A DNA stretch of 64,000 nt from Lingula anatina. Taxonomy: Eukaryota > Animalia > Brachiopoda. The position numbers and the translations under genes are program-made. Below are positions 26,906 through 40,451 of this stretch, in pieces; the stretch's first letter is position 1, and each line of letters begins with the position of its first letter. Location: assembly GCA_051362555.1 (NCBI GenBank), contig CM120645.1:7440001-7504000 (forward strand). The letters run 5' to 3'. Below the pieces are notes generated by a model. It was not told where the DNA came from. It saw only the letters and a list, made by a program, of their open reading frames with translations, and did not search any database.

Positions 26906-27665
26906 TGATAACGTTTTTCTTTCTTAATAGTATGCCCGGGCCCACTTAAGATACGTTTGCCCTTTACTATCAGAGTACACCCATATAACACAAAATTAAG
27001 TGATAGACGATCTTCATTTCGTTTAGAAGACATTTCTTTTGATTTAGAAGAAGATCCCGAGTTCTCTAGAGATTTTAAAGTGCTTGCCAGCCGGTGCCTT
27101 CTTAACCTACACACTGCATTATAATGTAGTTATGAAAAGTTCAGTTGAAGAGCTTATCATATTTCTGGCAGGTCTGTAGTCAGCAATGGCAAACGGGGGT
27201 CTTTTTTCTAAAAACGTGAACCTATTTTACCGCCTTAGATGACCCAACTTGAAAAAAATTCCATGGCATCTAGATCGAATTGTAATTCAGATCGGGTATT
27301 TTCCGACCAAAAGCGCTAGCGCGGTTCTGTCGAACCCTCCAAACTACCATTCCCACCCACCCACCCACCCACACCCCCACGCTAACAGGTTTCTCAGTTT
27401 TGTTTTGTTTTTAAGGCAGTCTTTTAATGTAAGGTTAGAAATGGCAACTGTGCCGCAATCCATATGTGTCTCTTAAGTGAGTAATGGTAACACCAGCATA
27501 AGGAAAAAAACCTGTGTATCAGTAAGAAGTATACCACTTTTATTTCACATGTTCATTGTCTCAGTCTATAAGTAAGATACTAGCAGTGTGTACTGATGTA
27601 AGTGAAAAGCAATGCATTTGTATAATACATGTATGCACGTTGTCAGTGGCTGTAGGTTCTGAACC

Positions 27666-27740
27666 TCAGGGTGTCTGTCTAAGACCAGGATCACTCCGAC
27701 AGGATCTTAACTTCAGGGTGTCTGTCTAGGACCATGATTA
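27666..27740. repeat. Short tandem duplication (about 47-bp period)
   Basis: TCAGGGTGTCTGTCTA.GACCA.GAT occurs twice. Confidence 0.75.
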
Positions 27741-29576
27741 TGATAATAACAATTAATACTTCATTGAACACTTTGTTATTTTGAAAATGCCATCAGATAA
27801 TAATTGGAAAATACCACCGATGTAATAATCGGAAAACGTTTTTTTATTTTGAAAAAAAGGAAATACCTATAGATTCGTAAATAAATGTGGCAAAATATGA
27901 ACCACACCCTGATCCACTTAATCTAAAAATTAACCGCGCAGGTGTGAATCTGTGTACAGATCTTGATATTCACCCTGCAGGTTGCTCATCCCGTCCTTCT
28001 TCATCACATCAACCCACTAATTAACCTGGTATTTAGTTTCACCTGTTTCCGTCTGAAGTCTTCTCTGTGCAAGCTGGCCGAGCGCAGGTTGTGCTATTTA
28101 CACAGATGCAAGTTTTGTTTAATTTCGGCCTTTTCGTCGGCGGTCGAATGCGGGTTAAACCCTGCTAGTCCGGGGCTCCTGTGGCCGAGGGTCTCACGTG
28201 CGGTTTGACGGGTTTAATAAGGCTCGCCGCAGTTGTCAGTTGGCAGGTGAAAAATGATGGAACAGAAATAAGGTTGCAGATTCGATTAGCGAGATTGTGA
28301 GCGTTGGTTGATGAAAATACCTCTCTCTCTCTCTCTCTGCGTGGACAGTGTCTGTAATGTGGGCTAATTGCTTTATTTTTTGATATACAGCTTCATTTAC
28401 AAAATAATAAACATCAATATACTTTTGAATATTGCCCGCTTCCTTGATTGCGTTTTTTTCATGCCGAAGGTACGCACATCTAAACTGAAAAAGTTGATAA
28501 CGGAGTGTTTGTCTTAATTGTAGTTTTCTTCGTTTAAACAGCCCAAAAACAGTGTTTTGGTTTACATATGTAGTGGGTGGAAAGAGAATTATGCAGTAAC
28601 ATTTAGTCAGAAAAAGCAATCTACTTTCTGTCGTGTATTTTGGTAGGTTTTTGGTAGTTTTTTTTTTTTTTTTGATCTTGTTTCTAAGGCTTTCCACACT
28701 AAACTGACAAAAAGCTATTTATCTATTCATTACTACATGTATACTAGCACGGGACATGCTACATGTATCAGTCACATTTTCGCGTCATTTTTCCCCATTG
28801 GCTTCCTCATTTCCAATCCTCACACGCACATATCCTGACACATGTTTAAACTCAAACATAAACGCCCCTCAAACACACGCGCACTCGCGCGCCGAAGAAG
28901 AGTCTGTATGCACAATACGTACATGCTACAATATTTTTACGTTGGTTTAAAATATGAAATAATTGGAGCAACGGAAGAGAGTCATTTATCAACATTACAA
29001 AGACGTGTGTAAAGTGCGTTTACAGCACGTCAATTCCGCTTTAAATACGTTCGACATCGTGCCCTTCCACCACAAATATAGCCCCCAAATTAACTTGAAA
29101 TACCAACTTAGTTGTTCTTTGGTGTTTATGCTCTAATTAAATCCTAGTAACCGGGCACAAGACGCTGCAAAAGGCTAGGGGAAATGTCAGCTGGTTCTTT
29201 ATCCCCATTACTAGAGTAAGTTCACGTCACCCTCAGGGCGATCCATTAAGGTAAATGGGCCATAATGTGGGTTTCTTTTGAGTTATAAAAAATAAACTGG
29301 TATAGGTCCATGATAAACCCAATAAAGGCGTGCACCTTTCTTCCAAAGAAAACATAAATGATGACTAAATGGGATAGGTTTTGGAGAAAATCTCACAAGA
29401 TAAGTTATCAAAACGGCATTCTTCGCTTAATGAGATGGAGATATGAAGATCGCCCCCCAATCCTTTTAATTCTGTTTCCTCGTCAAGACAGAGGGATATT
29501 AGATAATATTTCTATTTTCTACACTATTTCAGATCTCCAAAGGGGTTTTATATATGTGAAATCTGACAGCAGCACA

Positions 29577-30322
29577 ATGGCAAGCAAGAACAGAAAGATC
29601 GCGTAAGTATCCACCTTTAAAAAACCCTGCATCAATTGATCACATTGAAAACAAAAAAGAAAGAAAAAAGAAGTACGATAAATGACAGTATAAGTGATAG
29701 TAAACAAATTAAAACACACTAAGCGGCAGTCGGTATACAGCTAATATTGTTGTTATTAGCTGCTGCATCTTCAACTGTGTTGAAGGAAGTCCTGATGCAT
29801 GTGTAGAAGCGTTTGCTCAGGCATAAGCGCGTGCGAGTGATTTGGTGCGTGTGTGTACGTGCGTACGTGAACATACATGGCTGTGTTACTGTCAATTTGT
29901 GCATGTGAGAACTCGTGTGTATGAGTGTGTATTCCTTAACGTGAGCGAGAAAGTTGGAATATGTCTGAATGTGTGTGCTTGCGCGTCTTTACAGTTCTTC
30001 TGTCTCAGTTGCCCCAGCTCTAATTCTTCTTCCCTGGATTGTACTGAAAATACATTCAGAAATAGAAAAATAACTACTTATATATGCTGGGAAATATTTC
30101 CCCTGTTCATTCCAAGGCAGCTCCTGTACATACCAGTATAAGATGAGGAATTGTAAGGCCACTTCTTTGGCAAAATTTTCATGCTGGCACAGAATTCGCA
30201 TGGTTAGATTTTTTCTACCTAAAACAAAACGAGTGCTAGGTAACAAAATGATAATTAAATCTGCGTCAAATAGATATTTTTATCAAATAATCAATACACA
30301 CACACACAAACACACACACTCA

Positions 30323-30361
<39 letters not shown>

Positions 30362-32262
30362 TTTTGCACGCTCTAAGTCGAACTGAGGTTGAACATCTTG
30401 CACTGAGATTTATTTCTGAACTTAAGTGGTCATGTCGGTTCCTGGTCCTTTCAACCTTTACAATACAACTTCTCCGTTCTGTGAAAATAAGTTTTATACC
30501 CCCGACGATTTGCCACGTGAATCAAATAGTTACTGGGCTTGCTGTCTAGTCCCCCACCTGATTCCAATTTCAACAGCAGAGCCAGGGTTTTGCTGATGGG
30601 ATCACAAGGATAATTATTTTTGTCCTTTTTCCTCTCTTCAATTCAAAAAGTATACGGGGAATTTTTACCATGATATATAAGACAAAGAGATGGTAAAATT
30701 GCTTGTTTTCCTCTTCTCGTTTTGCTTGTTGTAGTCCCTGTGCAGTTTTACAGTTTTACATTACTATTTTCGGACTTTACTATTTACAAAGCAGGGAATT
30801 GGGGCACGTGGCTTACTGGAACCGCTGTTGATTTTGAAACTGTATCTAAGGTTTTGTATGGCTAACGGAATGGTATTGGGGTTTTGGCTCTGTATACCTG
30901 TACCTGTACCTGCCAATTTCACCTGCTGGATTCCAGGCAGCGCTCGCTGAGCTCCTCGATGCACCTAAACTTGGCAGACGCTTCTTAAACTTACAGCTAC
31001 TGCTGTTTTAATGGCAGGTGGTTTCAAAACTGTCAACAATTAATACAAGATATATTAAACTTGTCATTACCATGAAAACCACTGCACAATTACGTTGATA
31101 TACATGTATTATTAAACAGTTGGAGTGGCAGTTGGCAAAGGGTTTATTTTGACAATTTTTTGTTTGTGTCATAGCCTATGATCTATCTGTATTACAGGTT
31201 ACAACAAAAATAAATAACGCTTAAAATATTTTTGGAAAAAGACCAACTAACAGTTTTGTTTTTGAAATGAGAACATTTTTAATTATTTATGTTATGGTAA
31301 TCACGACTCACGCTGAATTGTTTACGAGTTTTTATCACTCAGTGTTTGATTTTGTCCAGTTAGAAATGAAATGCAATATTTTGAACAATTGTAGGCCAGA
31401 AGTGGAAGACATCTTTGACAAATACATCAGGGGAAACATGAGAAACCTGAAAAGGCCAGAGGCGATGAAAATGCTTACGAAAGAGTTCAAGCTGAAGCCA
31501 GATGAGGCAGAGGCCATCTTTAACAACTTCGATAAGGACGGCAATGGTGTGATGAGCATTTGGGAGTTCCAGCAGTTTTATATGATGACGGGCAACAGGT
31601 AGCATGAAATGGAAGTTGTGTCATTCATTCTGTTTCCATTTATCTTCTAAAGCATTTGAGAGCCTAGCTTAGTAAGCGGATATTTGAAGCTCTTATATTG
31701 CGTTAGGTGTGAAGGCTTCTAGAGGCACATGTGCCATGTGATTGTGTTCATTTTTTGGATATTACAATGTTGATCTAACTGTTGGAATAGAATTTCACTG
31801 CGATATCATAAAGATCGAACAGCAATGACACGATCTCACCTTGCACCTTATCGTTTATTTTCGTATTTCTATGATGAAATTTAAAAAGTGGCCGTTCTCG
31901 AACAAACGTTTTATTACTGCCTCACGAACTGTTACCATTGATATCAAGAGAAATGTAAACCCACAGATTCCAATTACCACTGTCTCTTATTTAATTAAAT
32001 ATATGTGCAAAACGTTTTTTCTTTCAGTGTGCAGGAAATTGTCGCTAAATTTCATGAACTTGACGAAGACGACAGTGGAGCTCTGGATGTCAACGAAGCA
32101 CGCAAAGGATTGGCAGCCATGACAGTCAATGGGCGTCTCCTGCAGGACAAAGAGATCGACTTTTTCATCACGTCCTCTGCGCGAGGAGAAGACAACACCA
32201 TAGACCTAGGAGAGTTCGTATCTTTGATGGCGAAACTGAAACTGTACAAGCCACCAAATTGA
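29577..32262 (+). CDS. Calmodulin-like EF-hand calcium-binding protein, 3 coding exons, 154 aa
   Basis: Exons 29577-29602, 31395-31598, 32028-32262 join in frame: MASKNRKIAPEVEDIFDKY...FNNFDKDGNGVMSIWEFQQF...FHELDEDDSGALDVNEARKGL...GEDNTIDLGEFVSLM. Two canonical EF loops, two degenerate. Confidence 0.88.
30296..30359. repeat. (CA)n microsatellite
   Basis: Direct reading. Confidence 0.9.
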
Positions 32263-33175
32263 TTTTTAAGGAATTTAAGACATTTGGTCGTCATTTTGAG
32301 AACCCGAATTGGGAAAGGCCTCTGGGAGACAAGCTAGGCCTACTGTTTATAGGGATTCATCCGGATTGCCTTTTCGTTACATGCAAACCAAAGGCCTATG
32401 TATATTTGACCATTTAAAAGCTTGCTGAAGAAGAACGACAACCATTATTCATGTATTTAAAAACTTTAATTGGACTGCCATATAACGCCCCATCGAGACG
32501 CATTTTCCCTGGCCAATATGGCACCGGTGTTTTGAACATAAGAAGACATAATCGTAAATGACCCAGGAACTTATTTTTACTCGCTCTTTATTATTTTTCT
32601 TTTTCTCACCAACAAGAGTGAGGCGATAGTTTAACATAATGACGGCGGACACCGAGATTTTTTTCTTTTGAATTTATTTTATAAACTAAACGCACAGATA
32701 TTGCAGGGCGTATTTTGTAACCACACCACCCCTTTGTCATTTTGAAAATGAGAAATTGAATAAATTCAGACTTTTTTTAGTATTTCATTTATTTATTTTG
32801 TCTTTAGATAGTTCATATGTTACATTCGAAGTTGCTTCTGATCACTTATGATAGATGAAAATCAATCAATAGTATTATTACACATGGATAAAATACATTT
32901 AAAAACTAAGTGGGATGTGCGTATTTAGTTAAACTTTAGGTTGTTATATTGAATTAATGATACAGTTGGTGCACATTCGGTTTTATTTCACCTGATGTCA
33001 TAATTTATCAGAGTTTTCTTTGTTTTGTATCTTTTAATTTAAATAAATAAGAAAACCAATTGTCTGTTTTTAATGTTATGACATAATGATCGACAGATAA
33101 TATGTAGAGAAGAATCCTTGCCGATTTTAAGACAGTAAGCAGAAAATATATAGAGAAAAATACTAGCATACATAT

Positions 33176-33396
33176 CAGGGGCGGATCCACTATTATTTGG
33201 AGGGGGGGGGGGGGGGTCCGCGGACGCAAAGCCGACCCTCCCCTTGGCGTGGCTTTCCCCGAAACCTTTTGGTATTTTAGGCTAACGGTGCCATTTGGTA
33301 CGGTTTAGAACTATGATTAAGTTAGACAATATTCTAATTTCAAGGGAAATGTTGGTGTAATTTTTTTCAGAAATCGCTCCCTTAAGTCTGCCACTG
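33176..33396. mobile_element. hAT-like MITE (CAGGGGGCGGATCC...GTCTGCCACTG)
   Basis: Imperfect TIRs with an internal G-run, similar to 13340-13593. Confidence 0.55.
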
Positions 33397-33800
33397 TGCT
33401 TACTTAACCAAAGAATGGGTCGTTTTTAACTCCAAGTTCCCTGCATCAACAAACATTAGATGAAAACAATACTGCATCAGTTTGCAGTCTAGGCAGGCCT
33501 TTATAATTAACACCCAACTTTGGACGGTCTGTACCTTAAACAGGAAAAACTGACACGTTTTTTGTTTAAGGAAGCGTTAAGCACCGGTCTACTGGCTAGT
33601 TAGACGTTATAATGACTACAAAATATGTTTGGCAGCCCTTTTAATCAACTGTAACAATAATAATAATAATAATAATAAGCAGCATCTAAGGCACCGACAG
33701 AAATGGTGATCGCTATAGACCCCTACTACGCTTGTCCAACTAAATAAATAAATAAATAAATAAATAAAGCAAGCCGCTTGAATCAAAGTTTCTCTCCCCT

Positions 33801-33870
33801 TGACGTCACGTTACTGAGAGCGTCACGTTACTGAGAACACATGACGTCACAAGTGGTGAAACGTGATCAT
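33801..33870 (+). promoter_or_regulatory. Cluster of CRE/ACGT-core motifs just upstream of the secreted-protein gene
   Basis: TGACGTCA at 33801 and 33842; 16-bp direct repeat CGTCACGTTACTGAGA at 33804 and 33821. Confidence 0.55.
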
Positions 33871-33893
33871 AGTAACACGTTCCTTGTATTATC

Positions 33894-35076
33894 ATGGATT
33901 CGCAAAGTTTTCTTTGCTGCTTACTTATTTGCGCACTATGCGGAGCAATCATAGGAAATGATTTTAAGAATTTTAGGTAAGAAATATCAGTGATTTGCAT
34001 ATTACAGAAACTAAATATGAGGATGGTGTATTTGATTAACAGTCTATTTGGTGGATTGCTCGTTTGCTGTACATTGTTCAATATATTGCCTACTGTCAGA
34101 TAAGTTATCAAGTTAACATCCGATGTTAACTGCTGTAGGACAGGGAAACTCTCAATCATCTTTACTCATTCTATCCAATTTTGTTTAAAGACAGTTGTTA
34201 AATTATTTATTCATTTTGTTTTGCAGAAAGAATGACGACGGTGTATTCATCCGTAGTGTTTTCAATAGCACTCCAATTGACTCTATGTTCAACGACGGTA
34301 GGACCTTTTACTCGGCAGTGAAATGTCGATTAGGTAAATTTCGTCAATATTATACATGAAGTAACTCTGATGAGGTGTACTTTTATGATTTTAATAACTT
34401 TTGAGTACACATTTTTATTTGAAAATAATTTAATGCTACTTTTTTATTTTTGGTAAATTGGGCTTTATGTTCGCAATGTCTCGCTCGAAGAAGTGTAACA
34501 TGAGTATCTTCATAATGCCGTTATAAAACAGACTGACTGACGTCAAGATTTTTTTATTAAATTTTTTCAACGATTTTTATTTTTGCAGTCGTCTTCAACA
34601 ATGAAGACATCGAAAACGATAAGGCCGTCAACGTGGGTGAGTCAAAAACAGGGTTTGCTGGGCGATTCAGCGGTGAGGGCGTTAATACTACCCTCAACCA
34701 AACCACCAATGTGACCAGCCTTCCTCCGCCAGCGATGACCAAAACCACACCCACATCTGACTTCAAGTTGACAGAAGCAGAAAACAAAACTGGTATCAAG
34801 CAGGACGAGATTACAAAGGATACCAGCAAGAAGACCGCCCTCGACTGCAAGACACAGTTCCCAGCCGCTGTTTTAGCTCGGGCTCTGTGTAATGTCATGC
34901 AAATATGCGAACTTTACGCGCGTACAATAAAAGAACTGTTGCTCCTTGCAGCAGACAAGTTCAAGGCCTTTTGGTATGAGGCTGTGCACAGAACAATGAA
35001 CACTGATTTTGTGGAGCCAAAAGTTGCGAATAATTTTCGCAGGGTACGCTATCGAGTCAGCTTGAGAGTTCCCTAA
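33894..35076 (+). CDS. Uncharacterised putative secreted protein, 3 exons, 225 aa
   Basis: Exons 33894-33976, 34227-34333, 34589-35076 with canonical sites and matching phases: MDSQSFLCCLLICALCGAIIG-NDFKNFRKNDDGVFIRSVF...Thr/Pro-rich middle...LDCKTQFPAAVLARALCNVMQICELY...; AATAAA at about 35282. Confidence 0.72.
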
Positions 35077-36782
35077 GAATCTTCATTCCTCACATTAGAC
35101 TTTTATGTATGTGGCTTTGTACAGCAATTGATGACTTGTTGATATGAAATACTTTCAAGATAATTAACCTGGACAGTTTATTTCTCATTTTCAATTCCAA
35201 ATGTGGACCCTAGTTGTATAATAATAATATAGCACCAATATTTTTCATAAGTCATTTCTTTTTAACTTTCACAACGCCGGCAATAAATGATTTTGTTTAT
35301 ATCCCGTGTTGCGTTCCTTGAACATACCATTGTCAATCCCAGGTTTTAGATTTACGTGTCATCATCGCTTCGCAATATGCAAATTTACCTCAAACATGGC
35401 TACACAGAAAAAAACTCGATCTGTGCCAACGGATTTTTCTGACTGATCGCGTTTGAGATGACGCAAAAGAAACACATTCCAGACAGTGGCTGACTTGTGA
35501 AGATAGATTCCACTATAACAGCACAGATAAAAGTGATCAAACACATTTCCCTAAATACAGCACTCAATAACGATCCCAAAACATATCTTAGATACACATT
35601 TAAAGATATGATTTTATGAGTAGAAATATTATATCACAAGACAGGAAAAATGCGGATCATATTTTCAATCATTTAATAAGAAAAACAGATGGTAAATAAT
35701 TAGTCACTACAGACCATGATTTAATTGTGAATCGTACAAGTGATTCTGATACAATTTGCATGTCTACAGGTTTTATGGCTGATTAAGAAAAAAACGACAG
35801 CTTCATGTGTAAAACTTTATCGACTTAGAAAAAATGCCTTAGAGTTCTTTTGATTATGAAGAATAACAATAGACTGACACCATGTTTTTCTCAAAACCTG
35901 AACAGAACCACTTTTACTCATAAATTATAAAAAAAAACAAAAAAAAAAAGTTTCAGGCAGACATGTTAAATGTGGCGAGGGAAGTTTTCAGGGTCCTCAA
36001 AAACTCAGGGTGAAAAACATGAAATTATAAATATGAGTTCAACTTGTTGAAAAATTTATTGAAATGTTGCTAACAATGTACACAGTACATTTATAATAGC
36101 TTCAATATAATATACTTAGCGATTGAGCCTTAGCGATTGTTTTAACAATTAAGCATCTTTTCATTTTGTTTGAAGTGATCAGGAATAGAATAATAATTAT
36201 ACAGTAAATAATAATTAAGTAATTCAATTCTCATAACCATAAAACCAGTCACAGTCACTTAGTCTGTATATTGGACAGATGGCCTATACTACATACAATA
36301 CCATGAGATCATAAAAAAACTGAGGAAACACAACCTCATAAACTTTTCAAAATGCTTCAAGGGACATTCAGCGTATTGTGTAACCCAAAGTTTTAGTACA
36401 TCTAAAATCCTATGAAACAGTCAAGAAATAAAAATAAATGTCTTGTAGTAGCAAATCACCTTTTTGACCCAAATATTGTGAAGAAAATTAAATTGGGAAA
36501 ATGGCCAAAGAGGTGTAGTCACATGCTTTCGATAGTTTGATAAAAGAGCCTTGTTTACAATATCAGAACCCAGAGTTTTAGAGACCTTTGCATGGCACCA
36601 GTGCACATATGCATCCAGGTCACATTACACTTTTCTACATACTTCTTCTATACACTGGAACATGTCTAATTTTAAATTAAAATTCTCTCTAAATACAGTT
36701 ATTTCTATTCATTTTCCACAGTTTTCATTCAAGTGAGAAATGTTTAAGGAAAGTTAGAAGAGTTAAATGCTGGTGAAAGTGG

Positions 36783-39700
36783 TCATAGCTCATCATGCTT
36801 TCCGTCGGCAATATGAAGGTCCTTCCCAACCATGGTGGAGGCAATGTTGTGCATCTGAGAGCGATGTTTGAGGAAGTTGGCAACAGTTTCTTTGCGTACT
36901 GCTTCCCATCCATAGAGATCCCTGGAATTAGAAACAGGACAGGATTGCAACTGCTGTAGCTTTTAAATGAACTAGATGATTGTTGAGCATGTAAAAAAAT
37001 TATTTGGCAATCTAGATTAAGGTGAAAATAGTTTTTCAACAGAAGCTGAAAAGTAGATTCTTAGTATCTATAATAATAGCAAAAATAATATCAACAATAA
37101 TGATAATAATTAAAATAAAATAAAATATTCAATTAATTTATTGAAATGTTTGAAAATCCTCCAGGCTACTGAAAAACTGACCTGTAAATAGGCCTGACAA
37201 ACTTCATTCTTCCTTGCTCATTTACAAACTCCAAGGCCCGCGACACTGCTGGCAAGTACCTGGCTTTGATACACAGTCTCAGCCACCTGTATGCAATAAC
37301 CAGTAACTGTATAGCAAAAATCTTTCAGTGAATGGCATTCACACACATATTCTTAATATAATCGGTTCAGAGTTCAGGAATTCTAGAAATCCGTCATCTG
37401 TGCTGTCATCTACAGTTAACTGCAGACATAAATGTGAACACAAACTTTTTTGGGGCAGTCAAATCTGTCACTAAACAGGCCAAGATTCATTTAATTTTTT
37501 TTGACCAAACACTTTTGACAGTATCTCTTCTTTCAGAATTTTTTAAGTTCATGCAGTAAAATAAACATAAATCAAAACAATACCGACATGTTTGAATGTT
37601 TGATTCAAAATATGTTTTTGAAAAAAAAAAATTGGGGGGAAATTTAACATTTCTTACTTGTTAGATATATAACAGTACATGTAGCATATTCAACCTAACT
37701 GCAGACGAGATGTCTAGTACCACACATTAAATTTGTATTTTTTTTAACATAAAAACAATGCCAGTCACTGTAAACTTCCAAATAATTTCTCAATTGATTT
37801 AAAAAGCACTTACAAAAACCTTATTTCTGAGTTCTTCACTTTGTTAAGGCCATAAAGAACTGCCATTCTTTCAATCTTCTCCAATGACATTGGTTCCTAC
37901 ATAAAATCAATTCATTTTAAAAAATATGAATCAACAGTCACTATAGTATAACTCTCATATGATTGTCCATTATGCTCTCCTTAACAAAGAATATCTACAA
38001 AACACATCATAAGCTATAGGTGCTTCTATATAAAACACTATTACAGTATACTGCAGAATGTTTTGTCTCATAATAATTAGTTTTGCACATTGAAAGATTG
38101 TGCCAATCTATAATTACGTATACTTATTAACTTGAACACCCAAATGATATAAATGAATATAAATAAATTAGCAACATTGCAAAAGACTAATTCACCTCAT
38201 ACCTCATTCATCAACAGGGAGAGAAACTTTGGAATCTGTATTGAAGTCAAGTTTTTCCACTCTTCGTCAGTAAATTTTTCTACATCTTCATCCTCTGCCT
38301 TTGCCCACCTCTGACTGAGTTTTATACATGGCTCTAATAAACTCAGGTTGTATCTAAAAACGAGATTTTCACAATATTAACCCAATACTAAGAAATTTAT
38401 AAAATATACACATTATGATATACATATAATATTGTCTACAGGTTGTAAAAGAAAACTATAGAGCAGTTGGTTTTTAAAGCTATAAATACTGTCTTACTTT
38501 GGTTTTACTGGAGGCATTCCAGGGGTGTTGAACCAAGCTTTCCAGTCCACTGCATCAAGAATGTCAACCTGTGATTATGAAAAAAAATGAATTGCTTTCA
38601 TATAAGTATATGCATTTCAAATGTTTCTAAAATATATAATCTACAATCAAGGTTTAAATTCTGGCTGAAGTCCAATTCTTTACATATAATTAGTAGCTTT
38701 TAAACTTTGATCTGAACAATGTGAAAAAGGGCCCCATCTTAAATATCATGTTAATTTATACATAAACGTTTATTACACTTCATCATAAAACATGAAATTT
38801 ACACTCATAATTTTAAGTGAGTTGAAAAATGTGTAGCAAAATTGAAGAATATGAAAGGAGTAATTGGTGCAAAAATGCATGTACCTATCACAATTTACTT
38901 AACAGAGAAGAAAATGTTTTAATTAATGTTAGTACCTTATCACTGAAATAATTATACAGGAATTTTTTCCAGTCATCTGTGGTAATGGACTGGTTTTTGA
39001 AGTTTTCTATGTATTTCCTTAGAAATGGCTCAAATACATCTGAAAAAAAAAAAAAAAAACATAATTAAAGTAATATAAATTAACCTCAAAATTGGTATTG
39101 AGAATTGCAATAAATAACTTGCAACAGAGTTCATAAGGAAGTAAATTTGTAAACTATTACTCATCTCCTCATAAAAATGCTGTAAAAAAGAAACTGTTAT
39201 TGCAGCCCATGGAAAATTTACAAAATGACTTTGCCAGAAAATGTAAGTCTTTAAGGCCTTCTTCATATCTGTGGTCAATAATAATGTTTTAAGAAAAATT
39301 GAGAGTGAATAAAAAAGTTTCATGTCCCTACAGATAAGGAATCAAAATCTTCCACTTACTGAAAAACTAATTTTAATTAAAATTTTAATTCTAATTTAAA
39401 ATTTAATAATAAAGTGTCATCGGTACCAGGTCCTCCCAGTTGCTGCTCTAGGTAATAGAGGAGTGTGGAGCCCTTCTCATATGGGACTGACGAGAAGGCG
39501 TCATCTGGGTCAATACCGGTCAGATCAGGTACTAGATGGGTTAAAGGACTCTTCTCTCCAAATACATCTATCTAGAGAAAGCATGTGATACATGATGCAG
39601 AGTTGATATATATTGTCTTTTTTTTAATTCAAAATGTGAAAATAAAGACTGCAAACATAAATGTAATAACTACCTGACACGTATAATGACCTAGGCTAAT

Positions 39701-40416
39701 ATATTAAATATATTGCCCCTTGATAATTTTTTATGATGGTGCTAATAGTTGCCATGATATACTTAATTAATGGAAAATTTTGACATTTCCGGGAAAAATA
39801 AAACTTTTGCTACATAAATCCTCATAGTACAAAGCTTGTACGAGCAAGAATGCATACAAATATCTAAAAACTCACTGCATAGCGTAATGTGTCCCATCCA
39901 CTATCCATTTTGAAATCCCTCAGGTGTGGTGGACCCATGCTACCGGTGATCTTCCTCTCTACAAACACTGTATGACCTTCATTTAACCTGGAGGCAAAAA
40001 CAGCAATACAATACAATACAACATAATACAATACAAAACAGTGAGATTAACATGCCTAAACCTGGCAGTGAGTAGAATACAGAAAAGCTGGTGATTAGAG
40101 TGTATTGGAAACGAGATGAGGAGTCTTAATATGACTGCATTCAGTGAGAGTCCCTGCAGAGGTAGTTCAAACTTCATGGTCAATAGATTCTCTGTGAACA
40201 CACTCCTAGACAGTGTCAGGCAATATTTTACCCAGCATGCCACATACCAGAAGTGCTCAGGGTCCTTGTTTGTCACCAGGTTTCCGGTCCAACTGTGGGA
40301 GATTTCATGTGCCACCACATCTGCCAGAGACCTGTCCCCAGCCTGATGATAGAAATATGAAATGATTATTAATAAATTATTAATCAGTAGATGATAGTTT
40401 ATGCTAAACTGTATAA

Positions 40417-40451
<35 letters not shown>

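Noticed and set aside
14176-29350. Many 60-150 aa ORFs in the intergenic region
   Set aside because: No recognisable domains, often non-ATG starts or microsatellite-derived, and no consistent exon chain found; a lncRNA or small gene cannot be excluded.
34557-34898. Hydrophobic ORF on the minus strand
   Set aside because: Antisense to exon 3 of the spliced secreted-protein gene, which has better splice support.
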